Both the position numbers and the translations under genes were made by a program. The notes beneath the pieces are model-generated. The model was not told where the DNA came from. It worked only from the letters and a program-made list of their open reading frames with translations, and did no database searches. A stretch of DNA of 56,406 nucleotides, counting the filler, from Circinaria calcarea (taxonomy: Eukaryota): assembly GCA_051942165.1 (NCBI GenBank). It is 5 parts of 5 records of this genome, joined end to end, with 100 filler letters (N's around TTAATTAATTAA, not from the genome) between each part and the next. Parts side by side here need not be neighbours in the genome. Positions count along the whole stretch, not along the records: positions 22,646 to 33,842 come from JAVECS010000701.1; positions 33,943 to 45,128 come from JAVECS010000702.1; 3 more parts are not named here. One strand, given 5' to 3'. Below, in pieces: positions 25,645 through 37,717 of this stretch; the first letter of the stretch is position 1; each line of letters begins with the position of its first letter.

Positions 25645-28092
25645 ATGGCACCGATCAACGGGACCCCAGCACCATTGCCTGGAAAGAAACGTCGCATCGG
25701 GGTCATGACAAGCGGAGGGGATGCACCGGGTATGAATGGGGCAGTCCGTGCCGTGGTACGCATGTCGATTGCAAAGGGCTGCGAAGCGTACGGCATCTAC
25801 GAAGGCTACGAGGGACTCGTGCAGGGAGGGGGCTTCATAAAACAGATGCATTGGGAAGATGTACGAGGCTGGCTATCCGAAGGAGGTACCCTGATTGGAA
25901 CAGCTAGGTGCAAGGCTTTTTACGAGAGACCCGGGCGTCTCAAGGCTGCAAAGAACATGGTGATGGCGGGTATCGACGCTTTGGTAATCATTGGTGGAGA
26001 TGGAAGCCTGACGGGGGCCGACAAGTTTCGTGCAGAATGGCCGGGTTTGCTCGAAGAACTCGTGAACACAGGAGAAATGACTTCAAAGCAGGTTGAGCCT
26101 TTCAAGCATCTGAATATCGTTGGCATGGTAGGCTCGATCGATAACGACATGTCATTGACAGACGCAACCATCGGATGCTATTCCTCGCTTGGCAGAATAT
26201 GTCAGGCGGTAGACTATATTGACGCTACAGCATTCTCGCACCAACGGGCTTTTGTTATCGAAGTCATGGGACGACATTGTGGCTGGCTTGCACTCATGGC
26301 AGGAGTCAGCACAGGGGCGGACTTTGTATTCATTCCAGAGAAACCTCCAGCAGCCGACTGGGAGCATCAGATGTGCAGTATCGTCTCCGAGGTAAGCCAC
26401 TCGTTCCGAGTGGACGCGAGTTAAGAAGGCACACTAAAAGTGATCTAGCATCGCAAGTTAGGGAAACGGAAAACGATTGTCATAGTTGCAGAGGGAGCAC
26501 ATGACTTCGAGTTGAATAAGATTTCACCGACCAAAGTGAAGGACTTGCTTTCAACTAAGCTTGGTTTAGACACGCGAATCACGACTCTAGGACATGTGCA
26601 GCGGGGAGGGAACGCCTGCGCATATGATCGTATGCTGTCGACACTACAAGGCGTCGAAGCTGTTGAGGCAGTTCTTGATGCTACTCCCGAAACTCCGACG
26701 CCGGTTATTTCAATTATCGAAAACAAAATCGTCCGGAAAACCTTGATGGAGGCGGTGAAAGCTACGCACGCTGTCGCTGCGGCAATCGAGGCTAAAGACT
26801 TCGAACACGCCATTGGCCTTCGAGATGCTGAATTTGCAGAATACCATACAGCTTATATGACCACAACGGCTACAGATCAGCCCCAGCTTCATTTACCCAA
26901 GGGAAAAGTAGGTTTACATCTGATCTGGTAGGAGTTTGCTAACCTTTTACAGCATATGCGAATTGCCATGATCCACGTTGGAGCTCCAGCGGGAGGTATG
27001 AACTCCGCTACGCGAGCGGCAGTGGCATATTGTTTAACACGAGGGCACACCCCGATTGCTATTCACAATGGCTTCCCTGGTCTGTGCAGGCATCACGGCG
27101 ATAAGCCACTAGGAGCTGTCCGAGAGGTCAAGTGGCTAGACGTAGAAGGTTGGATCAGCAAAGGCGGTTCGGAGATTGGTACCAATCGAGGTCTGCCCTC
27201 CGAAGATATCGAAAAGACGGCCGAATGCTTTGCCCTCTATAAATTCGACGCCTTATTTGTTATTGGAGGCTTCGAAGCTTTTACGGCAGTCAGTGAGCTA
27301 CGCAAAGCCCGGAATGACTACCCTGCCTTTCGCATACCAATAGCACTTCTGCCTGCGACCATAAGTAACAACGTACCAGGGACAGAATACTCAATTGGGA
27401 GTGATACCTGTCTCAATGCCCTTGTCGATTATTGCGATGCTATCAAACAATCAGCGTCAGCATCCCGCCGTCGGGTTTTCGTGGTTGAAACTCAAGGTGG
27501 TAGGTCAGGATACGTCGCCACTATCGCTGGGCTCTCCATTGGCGCACTCGCTGTGTACACCCCAGAAGAAGGTATAAACATCAAGATGCTAGCCAGGGAT
27601 ATCGAACATCTTCGCGATAGCTTTGCCAAAGACCAAGGCCAAAGTAGGGCCGGCAAATTGATTCTACGCAATGAGCATGCTTCCAAGACCTACACCACAG
27701 AAATAATCGCCAACATGATCCGCGAAGAGGCAAAGGGTCGCTTTGAATCTCGCTTTGCGGTTCCAGGTCACGTACAACAAGGTGGTACGCCTTCACCGAT
27801 GGATCGTGTCAGGGCTGTCCGCTTGGCCGTCAAATGTATACAACACCTTGAAGGATTCGCCGAGCAATCACCCGAAACCATAGTTGCGGACGATGCCAGC
27901 GCGGTGGTGATCGGAATCAAAGGTGCTAGTGTGGTCTTCGGGCCTATGCTGAAACTAGAGAGAGACGAGACGGACTGGAAGGATAGGCGACCTAAGAACG
28001 AGTTTTGGATAGGCTTGAAGACTATCGTTGACACATTGAGTGGGCGACCAAAAGAAACCGATTGCTGCGAGACGTGCGGTAAGTTAAAATAA
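25645..28092 (+). CDS. pfkA: ATP-dependent 6-phosphofructokinase (eukaryotic two-domain type)
   Basis: Exons 25645-26391, 26449-26907 and 26953-28092. Motifs [46 protein letters not shown] and GHVQQGG. Confidence 0.97.
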
Positions 28093-28833
28093 AAAGCGTT
28101 ATTCTAAGATGATACCCTTATCCTGCATCGAAATCGAGCTATGCCAAAGTCAATTTGATGACACCGTATTCTCTAATTCGCGGTTGCCATTTATGGCTTG
28201 TACGAACGCTGTGAGCAGGGCTGTCATCAGAAGCGGCCGCAAGCCCCTTCTAGGGTTGTTGTATAAAGACCGTCAAGTGCTGGTGCGACAATTTGATCCT
28301 TGACTCCCGTACTCTGCACAACATCAAGCTTCTTGACTTGATACCAAAAATCATACGACTCGCAGGCAGGGAATTCAAGGCACTCCTGTTTGCTGAATAT
28401 ACACGTTGCGAACCTGTGCGCAGAGACCTCCTAAACGGTTGGTCAGGCGCCGTTGACTTGTGGAAGATCCTAGAATTAAGCTAGTTAATACAGCGGTTTT
28501 CGGATTCCAGTTGTAGTGTACAAAATATTTGAAACATTCGAGAAATCTTCCATCAGCATGATTTCTATATGTGGCCAAACCAAGCCATCTCTGCCGTTTG
28601 TTGTGCTTATTGATGTAAAGCGTTCAATAGGTTGAGATCGTGACTTGAGACATCTGCCATTCACAGCCAACCATATGCTCGGACACAATATGTCTTGCTT
28701 TCGACACAAAGAGCATCTTGACTCCACTCGTCAAGGGCACGACAGTCAAAGGTATCATTCGGTCGTTGACAGAAGGAATTGGAAGGTAGTGAAAGGTTCG
28801 CAGTGTCTCTAATTCTACATGCGTGGTATATAT

Positions 28834-28982
28834 CGACCGTATTCCTCCTTGACATTTTCTAATCCATCATCACCGTCATTTTTTGTTCTTCAGCATATAA
28901 ACCGTTTACCGATCGTATTCCTCTTTGAGATTTCCTGGTCCATCATCACCGTCTTTTCATATTCTTCAGCATACAAACGGTT
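28834..28982. repeat. Degenerate tandem duplication, two units of about 76 bp
   Basis: CGACCGTATTCCTCCTTGA...TCCATCATCACCGTC...TTCTTCAGCATATAAACCGTT at 28834 recurs with mismatches from 28910. Confidence 0.7.
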
Positions 28983-31386
28983 CTTTCGAGTGCACTTCTC
29001 ACACCACCAAAGCGTTCGGCGATACAGTCCCCGAGCAACCCAGCACCCCTTTTTCTCTTCATGGCTGCAGCGAAATCGTCGAAGGTCAAGTCCAAGGGAT
29101 TCATCCGGCGCACAAATTCTTTCTCCAGTAGCATCAGTGACTCTCTGGACGCCATCAAATCACTGAGCGAGAAGACTAAAAAAATGATAAAGCGCTGCGT
29201 TTCCAAGTTCTCCAAGAGACTATCCAAGGAAGCCAAACACCACCGCTATCGTCAGACACAGGTGCCTAGAGAAGATGGGACACAGCCAGGCGACGGAAGG
29301 CAAAGGACCTTTGAGAAGAAAGACCGTGAGGAACAGCACAGTTCCAAAAACCCGGGAAGCTCTGCCATGTTCTACACGCCGTCAACAGATTCAGGCCTTG
29401 ACAACGGCCAGGGGCGTACGATTCCCACTTCCTCCTAGAATTTGAAGATTCAGTACCGTCCTTGCTGTTTTTATATTGTTGCAGGCAGCAATATAGATCT
29501 CTTTCCCTAGATGTGCGGGATATCCAACAAGCGAACCGGTGCTCCATTTCGAGACTGGAGCATCGGCGGCAGGGGACTGGGACGGGCAATCATATTCGTG
29601 AGCCTGCGCAAAGGTCTTCTCAAGGCACAATGTACAATCTTATAGTGTAAAATACAGGTAGCACGGTTTCCCGGCGCAATACGCGGAAGAAATGATGATC
29701 TTGCCGAAGCAGTCCCACGTAGTAGAACTATTGGCATGTGGAAAAGGAGAGTAAAGTGAAAGGTACTCGATGGTGCTCGAGCTGGAAAAGCAAAGACTGC
29801 CAACGTACATCCCTTGCCCTCTCGGGTTGCTCCGGACAGCGGTCAGTAGGTAACATAGCTTTCTGATCTGGACTGAAGCGCGATTACAAGTTGGCAGTCG
29901 AGACACTGTAGAGTTCATCCCTTAATCCACCTGCGTTGGTTATTCCCTATCTCCGTCGCGGATACGTATCTGCCGAAGTATCATGGTCACATCCCTTTGG
30001 ACGCCCAATACGCAGACTGCACCAATTGGGCAGGACGGCGACCGCATGGCTGCATAATGACTGCGACTGCAACCCTAGTACTTGGCTGATCCTCTGTTTC
30101 GACCAGAGCTCTGGCCACTGACATCAAACCTTAATCTGCGAGATAGGGGTGTCCTGCAAGCTGGCGTGCCTGGCTGGCATTGAAGCTCGGGTCGTGGGGT
30201 TAGGTGTCCTAAATGCTGGTTGGGTTACGTTGCTTCGGTTGTCGTTTCCAATTGCCTCGATATTGATTGATATTGCCAATAAACGCTATCTTGCTCACCA
30301 TCGCTAGGGGTAGGATGTCGGTGAGAAGGTAAGCAATTGAGCAGCGCAGTAAGCTGCTAAGACGAATATCAATCTTTAGAATCTAGTAGAGCCCGTCCCG
30401 CTCACGCCGGATCACGAGGAAGGACACTTTAAACAGGTGATGGGTAACCGGACTTCAGATATCGACGCTTTTACCAATTAAACCAACCTACCCCACACCC
30501 CACTCCCTTCACCGCCCCCGTGCGCCTAAGAACCAAATATCAAGAAGTTGGCATCGAAAACCAACAGCCAAGAGCCGAGACTCTAATTCAACCTCCAACA
30601 TACAACATGCAGCGGGGGACCTGGCGTAAGCGCTTGGCTAGTCGTGGTCACGAGGACCGAGGAGTATCAGATAGGGCAAATCCTTCCCAACAGTGGCAGG
30701 TATAGTGAGCAGTTCGACTCATGCGGTGAGATGTAAGATCTCGCCAGTTGCTCGGTGAATCAACCACCACTCAAGAGCCTCAAGGCGGCAAACCCGGAAT
30801 GCTCCTTACTGCAAGTTGATGAAAAGCGTGCAGAATTAAGCGAGCTGCGGTGACCCGTGCGTGGGCAGTAGGATGAGATGCAACAGGGTCCTTCGACCCA
30901 AGCAAGACCCCTGGCCGATTCATAGTCACCCAATCGCCAAATTCTAGTCGCTGCACAGATGAGCACCTCCATGTCCATGTGGTCTGGACAGGATGGCCAC
31001 AACGAGTGAATGTCGGGACAGACACATCATGAGATGGTGTGCTAGCATGCCTCGACCTCTGCGCCAAATCGACTTTAGCTGCCTTATCGCAACAAAGAGG
31101 AGGAGGAAGAGGAAGAAGTGAAGAACCCACGCTGCTGACTGACCACGCCTCCAGAATCTTGCTCGATCACGTTACACAAGGGAGGAGTGATAAAGACCTC
31201 TACTCCCCAGGCCTATTATTACTTCTCCTCCCTCTCAACCAGATCTCTACCGGCATTGCCATTCTATCGCCTAAACGTTAGAAACCTTATTGCCGGCACG
31301 GCTCCGCTTAATTGCGTCAGCCCCCTCGTGGTCAACTATAATACGGCCGCATTGTCCCGTCCTGGTACGACATATCACCGTCCAAA

Positions 31387-33842
31387 ATGGCGACCGCCAC
31401 CGTCACACAGGTGGTCACAAAGGCCTTGACGTCTGCGACTCCTTCCGATACTCTCAGAGCTGCCCCGCAAGGTGGCATCCTCCAGGGTGCTAATCCGGCC
31501 CATTATGATGCGAAGGACCCCATCATACTCTTCATCATCCAGGTATGAGCTCTTCTTCCCACCTGTTCCGGCGGCTGCATACTGAACTGGCCAGGCTGGG
31601 ATCATCATCATCTTCTGCCGTATCCTCCACCATGGCCTATCCAGACTCCATCAACCTCGAGTCATTGCAGAAGTCCTCGGTGGCATTCTCCTGGGACCCT
31701 CGGTCTGCGGGCATATACCTGGTTTCACCCAAGCCATATTCCCACCCGAATCGAAACCTACACTGTCTCTGGTCGCCAATCTGGGGCTGGTCCTATTCCT
31801 GTTTCTCGTCGGCCTCGAAGTGGACCTGCGCTTCCTCGCGAGCAACTGGAAGATAGCCCTGAGCGTTGGAACTTTGGGCATGGCTTTGCCCTTTGGCTTG
31901 GGCTTCGCAATCGCGTATGGATTATATCACCGATTCCGCGAGGAATCGGGACTGGTACCAATCGAGTTTGGGGTTTACATGCTATTCGTTGGTGTGGCCA
32001 TGGCCATTACGGTACAGACACTCCCCATGCCCCAACTGGATTATTGGCTAATTTACGAAAAGGCGTTTCCGGTGCTTTGCCGCATTCTCACAGAGCTCAA
32101 GCTGCTGCAAACCCCGGTCGGAATTATTGTCCTTTCCGCGGGCGTTGGTAATGACGTGGTTGGCTGGATCTTGCTCGCACTTTGTGTTGCCCTAGTCAAT
32201 GCAAGTTCAGGTCTAACTGCTCTCTGGGTGCTTTTGACCGCGGTTGGATACTCCCTGTTCTTGTTCTTTGCAGTGAAACCTAGCTTCTTATGGTACCTGA
32301 AAAGGACGCACAGCCTCGAGAACGGACCAAATCAGTCAGTGGTCGCTCTGACATTGCTTATGGCACTTACGTCCGCGTTCTTCACCGGGATTATCGGCAT
32401 CCATCCTATATTCGGTGCTTTCATGGTCGGCCTGATCTGCCCACATGATGGTGGTTTCGCTATCAAGATTACCGAAAAGATCGAGGATATTGTTAGCGTG
32501 CTCTTCCTACCACTGTATTTTGCTCTATCCGGTCTGAGCACTAACCTCAGTTTACTTGACGACGGTATAACTTGGGCGTACGTGATTGGTGTTACAAGTG
32601 TGGCATTCTTTGCTAAAATTTCTGGTGGCACAATCGCTGCAAAACTCAACGGTCTGGTGTGGAGGGAAAGCTTGACTATCGGGGTACTGATGAGCTGCAA
32701 AGGCCTGGTCGAGCTGATTGTGCTGGTAAGCATATTTATGCTTCTGCTATTGTTTCCGAGAATCTGTCCATGAAGACTCAACTGGGCTTTCTGGTACGAG
32801 CGATATGCTAACTTGACTAGAATATTGGATTACAAGCCAAGATCCTCAGTACTAGAACCTTTACCATCTTTGTCGTTATGGCTCTCGTCACGACTTTTGC
32901 CACTACGCCTCTGACTTCTCTCCTATATCCTCGATGGTATCAAATTAAGCTCGAGGCATGGAAACGTGGGGAGATCGACTGGGATGGCAACCGCCTGTCT
33001 GACTCGGACGCCGTTTCATTTGCCAAAATCCAAAGCTCCGAGGTCGGTAAGCTTCTAACCTATCTTAGAATCGACAGTATGGCTGGCATTCTTAAGATCA
33101 GTTCCCTCTTGGCGAAGAATTCATCATGTACTTCTAATCCAAAACTCCATCCGACAAAACAAAGACAGAGATCGTTGAATACTGACAACAACTCCGTCGA
33201 GCTCGCCAGGCCGCTTCAAGTCCATGCTGTTCGCTTAATGGAATTAACAGACCGAGACTCTTCGGTTATGAAGGTTTCTGAGCTTGATGAATACACCAAG
33301 CGGGATCCGATTGTAAATACTTTCCGTACATTTGGCCAGCATAACAATATTGCAGTGGCCGGGGCTGTTCTGGTGGTTCCTGAAGCATCCTATGCCGTCT
33401 CAATCACGGACAAAGCTATGGAGGTGTCTGCTGATCTCATCCTCATCCCATGGACCGGGTCCTCCTCTATGAATGAGACCGTGTCACCCCTCTCGGATAC
33501 CGGCGACCATAGATTTGAAAATAGCTCCTACAGCAACTTCGTCGCCACAACTATGAAGTACGCTTCCTGCAACATTGCCATTTTTGTCGATCAAGGGTTC
33601 GGAGGTAGTAAGTCTGGAGAAACTCAGGACCTGTCATTGCGGCGGTCTCTTAGTGGTCTGATGGCACGAGATGCGGATGTCCCTACAGCACCAAATGTCG
33701 ACCAGGGCCATCACGTGTTTTTCCCATATTTCGGCAGTGAAGATGATACGGTCGCATTACGGTTCGTTCTTCAATTAGCACAGAACCCATGTGTCACCGC
33801 AACGATTGTCCAATTCAGGATCGAGCGAGGAATGGATGAGAT
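31387..33842 (+). CDS. KHA1: K+/H+ antiporter (CPA2 family, Kha1-like), 3' truncated by the contig end
   Basis: Exons 31387-31542, 31595-32011, 32063-32725 and 32821-33842. Motifs QPRVIAEV, ITAFPVLCRILTELKLL, GVGNDVVGW, FLPLYFALSGL and MSCKGLVELIVLNIG; many transmembrane helices. Confidence 0.92.
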
Positions 33843-33942
33843 NNNNNNNNNNNNNNNNNNNNNNNNNNNNNNNNNNNNNNNNNNNNTTAATTAATTAANN
33901 NNNNNNNNNNNNNNNNNNNNNNNNNNNNNNNNNNNNNNNNNN
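33843..33942. other. Artificial contig spacer
   Basis: N44-TTAATTAATTAA-N44. Confidence 0.98.
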
Positions 33943-34082
33943 ATGCTTATAGACCGTGTTCAATAGACTCCATACTATTGAGCCTAGGGCAACAGTTCAA
34001 CTACACCCTATGTAACCGTGCTATTACCAATCGAGACTTAACATATTCCTCATTAGGCCTCAAGGATTGCAGCGCCCTTACA
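33943..34082 (+). mobile_element. 3' part of an LTR, same family as 21187-21561
   Basis: Shares AACTACACCCTATGTAACCGTGC and AAGGATTGCAGCGCCCTTACA with 21415-21561. Confidence 0.8.
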
Positions 34083-35396
34083 TATCATGCCGAGAATTAG
34101 TGCGGTAGTGAGTAGGAGAAGTCGTGTAGATAATCCTAAAATCGACCTTGCCTCTTCCGAGAACTGGCTCCTGAGGCCAGAACTGCTGCATCTCTGCGTA
34201 GAGGCCCTCTCATCCAAACATTGCGCCCAAGACCTCTTCTATCCACGAGCATTCGCGGGCTTTCCGGAGGTGTTGGAGGCTTTTGCGGACTTCTTTAATT
34301 CATACTTCTACCCGTATCTACCAGTTGAGGTAGCTCATCTTGCAACGGCTCTACGTGCTGCGAGCTGTCTCGACACGCTTTTCTATAATATTTGTAATCT
34401 AGGCGATGGAATTCTGGTGCTAGCTCCGTACTGGAGTATGTACATGTTAATCAAGCGTCTGAGGCCATTTTGACCAAAGCATGCTTTACAGGTGGTTTCG
34501 ACTTTCAATTCAAGGCTAGATCATCTATCACACCGATTCCTGTCACAGTCGATACAATCGGAAATAACCTGATAGAAGCTCTGATACCAACGCTCGAAGT
34601 AGCATACAAGAATGCGTCTTGCCCAGTCAAGGCTATCCTTATGACGAACCTATCCAATCCGCTTGCACAATGCTATCCGCAACCTTGTCTCGAAGAATGT
34701 ATCCGCTTCTGTTAAAGTAAAGGCATACACTACATTTCGGACGATGTGTACGCATTGACCTCATTTCCGTGTCCTGAGATATCAGAGCCGGTACCTTTTC
34801 TCTCAGTACTTTCGCTGGATGCCACCAAGCTTGGATGCAACTTGTCTCGCATTCATATGGTTTGGAGCACGAGCAAAGACCTTGGTCAGAGCGGTATAAG
34901 GATGGTAAGATACCCATTGTTTGAGGGCTGGAGCTAACAGTGGCTTTTGCTGTAGGGCTGCACAGTGACCCAAGCAAATCCGGAAATGGCTATAGGACTA
35001 GATCTAGCATCTAACATTACAACTTCGACACTCTCCTCTATCTTCGTTGGCGCGTTTCTTACCTCCCCTAAAATACCCAAGCTTCTGGTGTGGAACTCTG
35101 ACCGCCTGGCCGAAGCATATCGGTCCTTAACTGCTGTCCTACGAAAATACAACATCCCATACTTGCCGGCATATGCTGGTCTCTACCTCTTCGCAAAAAT
35201 TGCTCCCGATGCAGATAATTAGGATGACGAGTCAAGAGCAGTTCAGAAATTTAAGAACGCAGGGGTTCTTGTCAGCTCAGGTAAAGGATACCATGGGCCG
35301 GAAAACGAGAAAGGCTGGGCCAGAATTGGATTTGCGATTGAGAAGCCAAAGCTGGAAGAGGCAATACGCAGGATCGACTGTGCCTTGGCCGAGTAA
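34083..35396 (+). pseudogene. PLP-dependent class I/II aminotransferase (ACC-synthase/GliI-like), disrupted
   Basis: Exons 34083-34435, 34492-34904 and 34956-35396. Motifs IDLASSENWL, TNLSNPL, HYISDDVYA, WSTSKDLGQSGIRMG (PLP lysine) and GWARIGFA. In-frame stops TAA 34713-34715 and TAG 35220-35222. Confidence 0.85.
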
Positions 35397-35645
35397 AACC
35401 ATGACTACAATATCGGGTTTCTGATAAGAGCAACTACGAAGAAGAAAGTGGCTCGGTCGAACAAGTGACGCAGTGAGCCAGACTATATAATCAGGCCCAA
35501 CTGTAAAGTACGGGGCTTTTGACGGCAACAATCTTAAATTGTGCTATTAGGCTGAATTTGCCGTGTGTGCTGGTTTGCGTGAACTGCCGGACTAGCTCTG
35601 GAAATATAAGGTTCATCTCTGAGCGCAGAAGAACTATTTGAAGTT

Positions 35646-37162
35646 TTAAATAGAATCGCTCGTCTGGAACAGTTTATGATGAACTTGGAGCATGATAGCT
35701 CCCACCGCAACGAGCATAGAAGCCAGTCCAATACATAAAGCTGCAGCAAAAAAACACCGTTGCCAGGCCACAGCGTCTGTAAGCCACCGAGCCCTACAGG
35801 TGCAAGCAAGCTTCCCAAGACTTCCATCATAGTCAAGGCAGCTACAGCTTGGGGTGCATACGAGGAAGCAAATAAGGTTACGAAATAGCTCTTGATAAAT
35901 GAAAGCGTTGCGAAGCCAAGTGCACAGAGCGCCACAGTACTGGAAATCTGCCAAGGCTTGGTTGCGAGAGCGAACAGCGTAATTGATAGAGCCTGTATCA
36001 GGAGAGAAAAGGTGGTAAGTGCAGCATCAGTCGAGTGCGAATTTCTAAGTAGTAGGGAGCCGGGCACTTTGACCAAGATATATCTCCGAAACTTCTGCCG
36101 TATATGCGGAATGATGAAGAGAGTAAAGAGAAGATGAGCCGAGGAAACCCCGTGCGCAACCGAAATGAGAAATCCGTTCTCTTTACTCGAGAATCCAGAA
36201 GTGACCGAAGTGTGTACCATAATTGCAGAGAACAAGTACGACTGTGTTGCGTTATACAAAAGCAGAGCAAATCCCCGGACAAAACTCAACGGCCGCGTGG
36301 CAAAGATACCTAGTGGAGAGGCTGAGAACCTCACCAGGTCCCACAGCGAGGCCTTTGCCGCTACTGGTTTTGGTGGCTCGCGATGTGACAGGTAGAAGCT
36401 GGCCGGGCCCTTCTGGCTGCTTGGTCCGCACTCCCACCAACAGGTACAGGAGAGCTATTGTGAATATGGTGGAAGCCATTATAAAGCTTGCTTGAAAACT
36501 CTTCAGCAGGCTTGCTATAGCCGGACTGACCGATATACTAATCATGTATAGTGCCAACGAAGTGCCAATCAGACGTGAGACCAGTCGTTCATCTGGCGAT
36601 TGTACATATATGGCATTCAGGTTGAAGTGCAAAATGTTATCTGACGCAAAGCCCTCGAAGACCTGGCCCAACAGAGCCACTCGGATGCTTGCAAAACGGA
36701 CTAACCTGGGTATTATTGCAATGGACACGCGTAAGGAAGTAAAGACGTATCCTGACCTCCAACCGCTAGTACTGCCACGTTCATAGACCGACAAACCAGC
36801 CATGCCGCCAAGCCAGCTTTATGGTTCCTCTGTGAGAGCCTCTCGAAGCCACCCAAGACAAGCAGTGCGCAGACATTGGCCACACAAGTTGCTGCTGCGA
36901 CTGCGCCAGCGTATGTGCTCCGCTCAGAATTCCGGCAGTGTGTAGGGTCTTTGCATAGCAAGCTGGCGTACGCGTGTATCTTTGTTGCTGCTGTTGCCGC
37001 CATGGCCAGAGCAGCGAGCAGGGCCATTGGCAGCACTGCGAATGGGGACACTCGCGCCCGTTTTGCGCTGTCATGCTCTGCGAGAGCCTTGGGTGCATGA
37101 TGTTCGTCTTGCGCTGACAGGAGGCCAGTAGTTTCAGTTGTAGAATCCGTAGGGGTAGTCAT
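35646..37162 (-). pseudogene. MFS transporter, frameshifted
   Basis: Successive transmembrane-rich segments lie in different frames (ORFs 36713-37300, 36252-36803, 35534-36334, 35646-35954). Intron about 36707-36756. Frameshifts near 36330-36400 and at the A-run near 35750. Confidence 0.75.
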
Positions 37163-37717
37163 TTCCACCAAACTGCACACAAATATCAATATCCTATCAC
37201 TCACGATGAAAGGAAAGGAGCCATTGCATAGGCAGTATAGAGTAGGTTCATCTGCAATGTTTGTGGTTCTTCCGTTTCGGAGTCCGGGTAGATAGAACAT
37301 CTACCAAGTCTTGGCAGAGTTGTAACCACACCGAGCTCTGTCTCAAAGATACAGCTTTGTGGACGATGCACCACTTGGAATATTATCCCTGGCATGTGTC
37401 TGGTATAGGATGCGAAGTAAACGTCAGAACAACGCATAATACTTTCTGGCACAATTCTTTCTCTGCTCGGGCTACGATGATGCCACCCTCAATGCTGTAC
37501 TGGAAGCCGAGAGCATCTGTCCCCGGATAAGCTCCAGACACCGCAACATACTGCGGTAACCATATTGGACGGTGGTATTGCCTGCATAAGCTACCTAGTA
37601 TTGATACTCACGCACATGAGCGACTCCCGCAAATAGTGAATCTTGACAACGTTCGGACCTCGTTACGCGTCGGGTCCCGGCTTTTATATCAGGTTCCGAA
37701 AGCTACGAGAGAAATCC

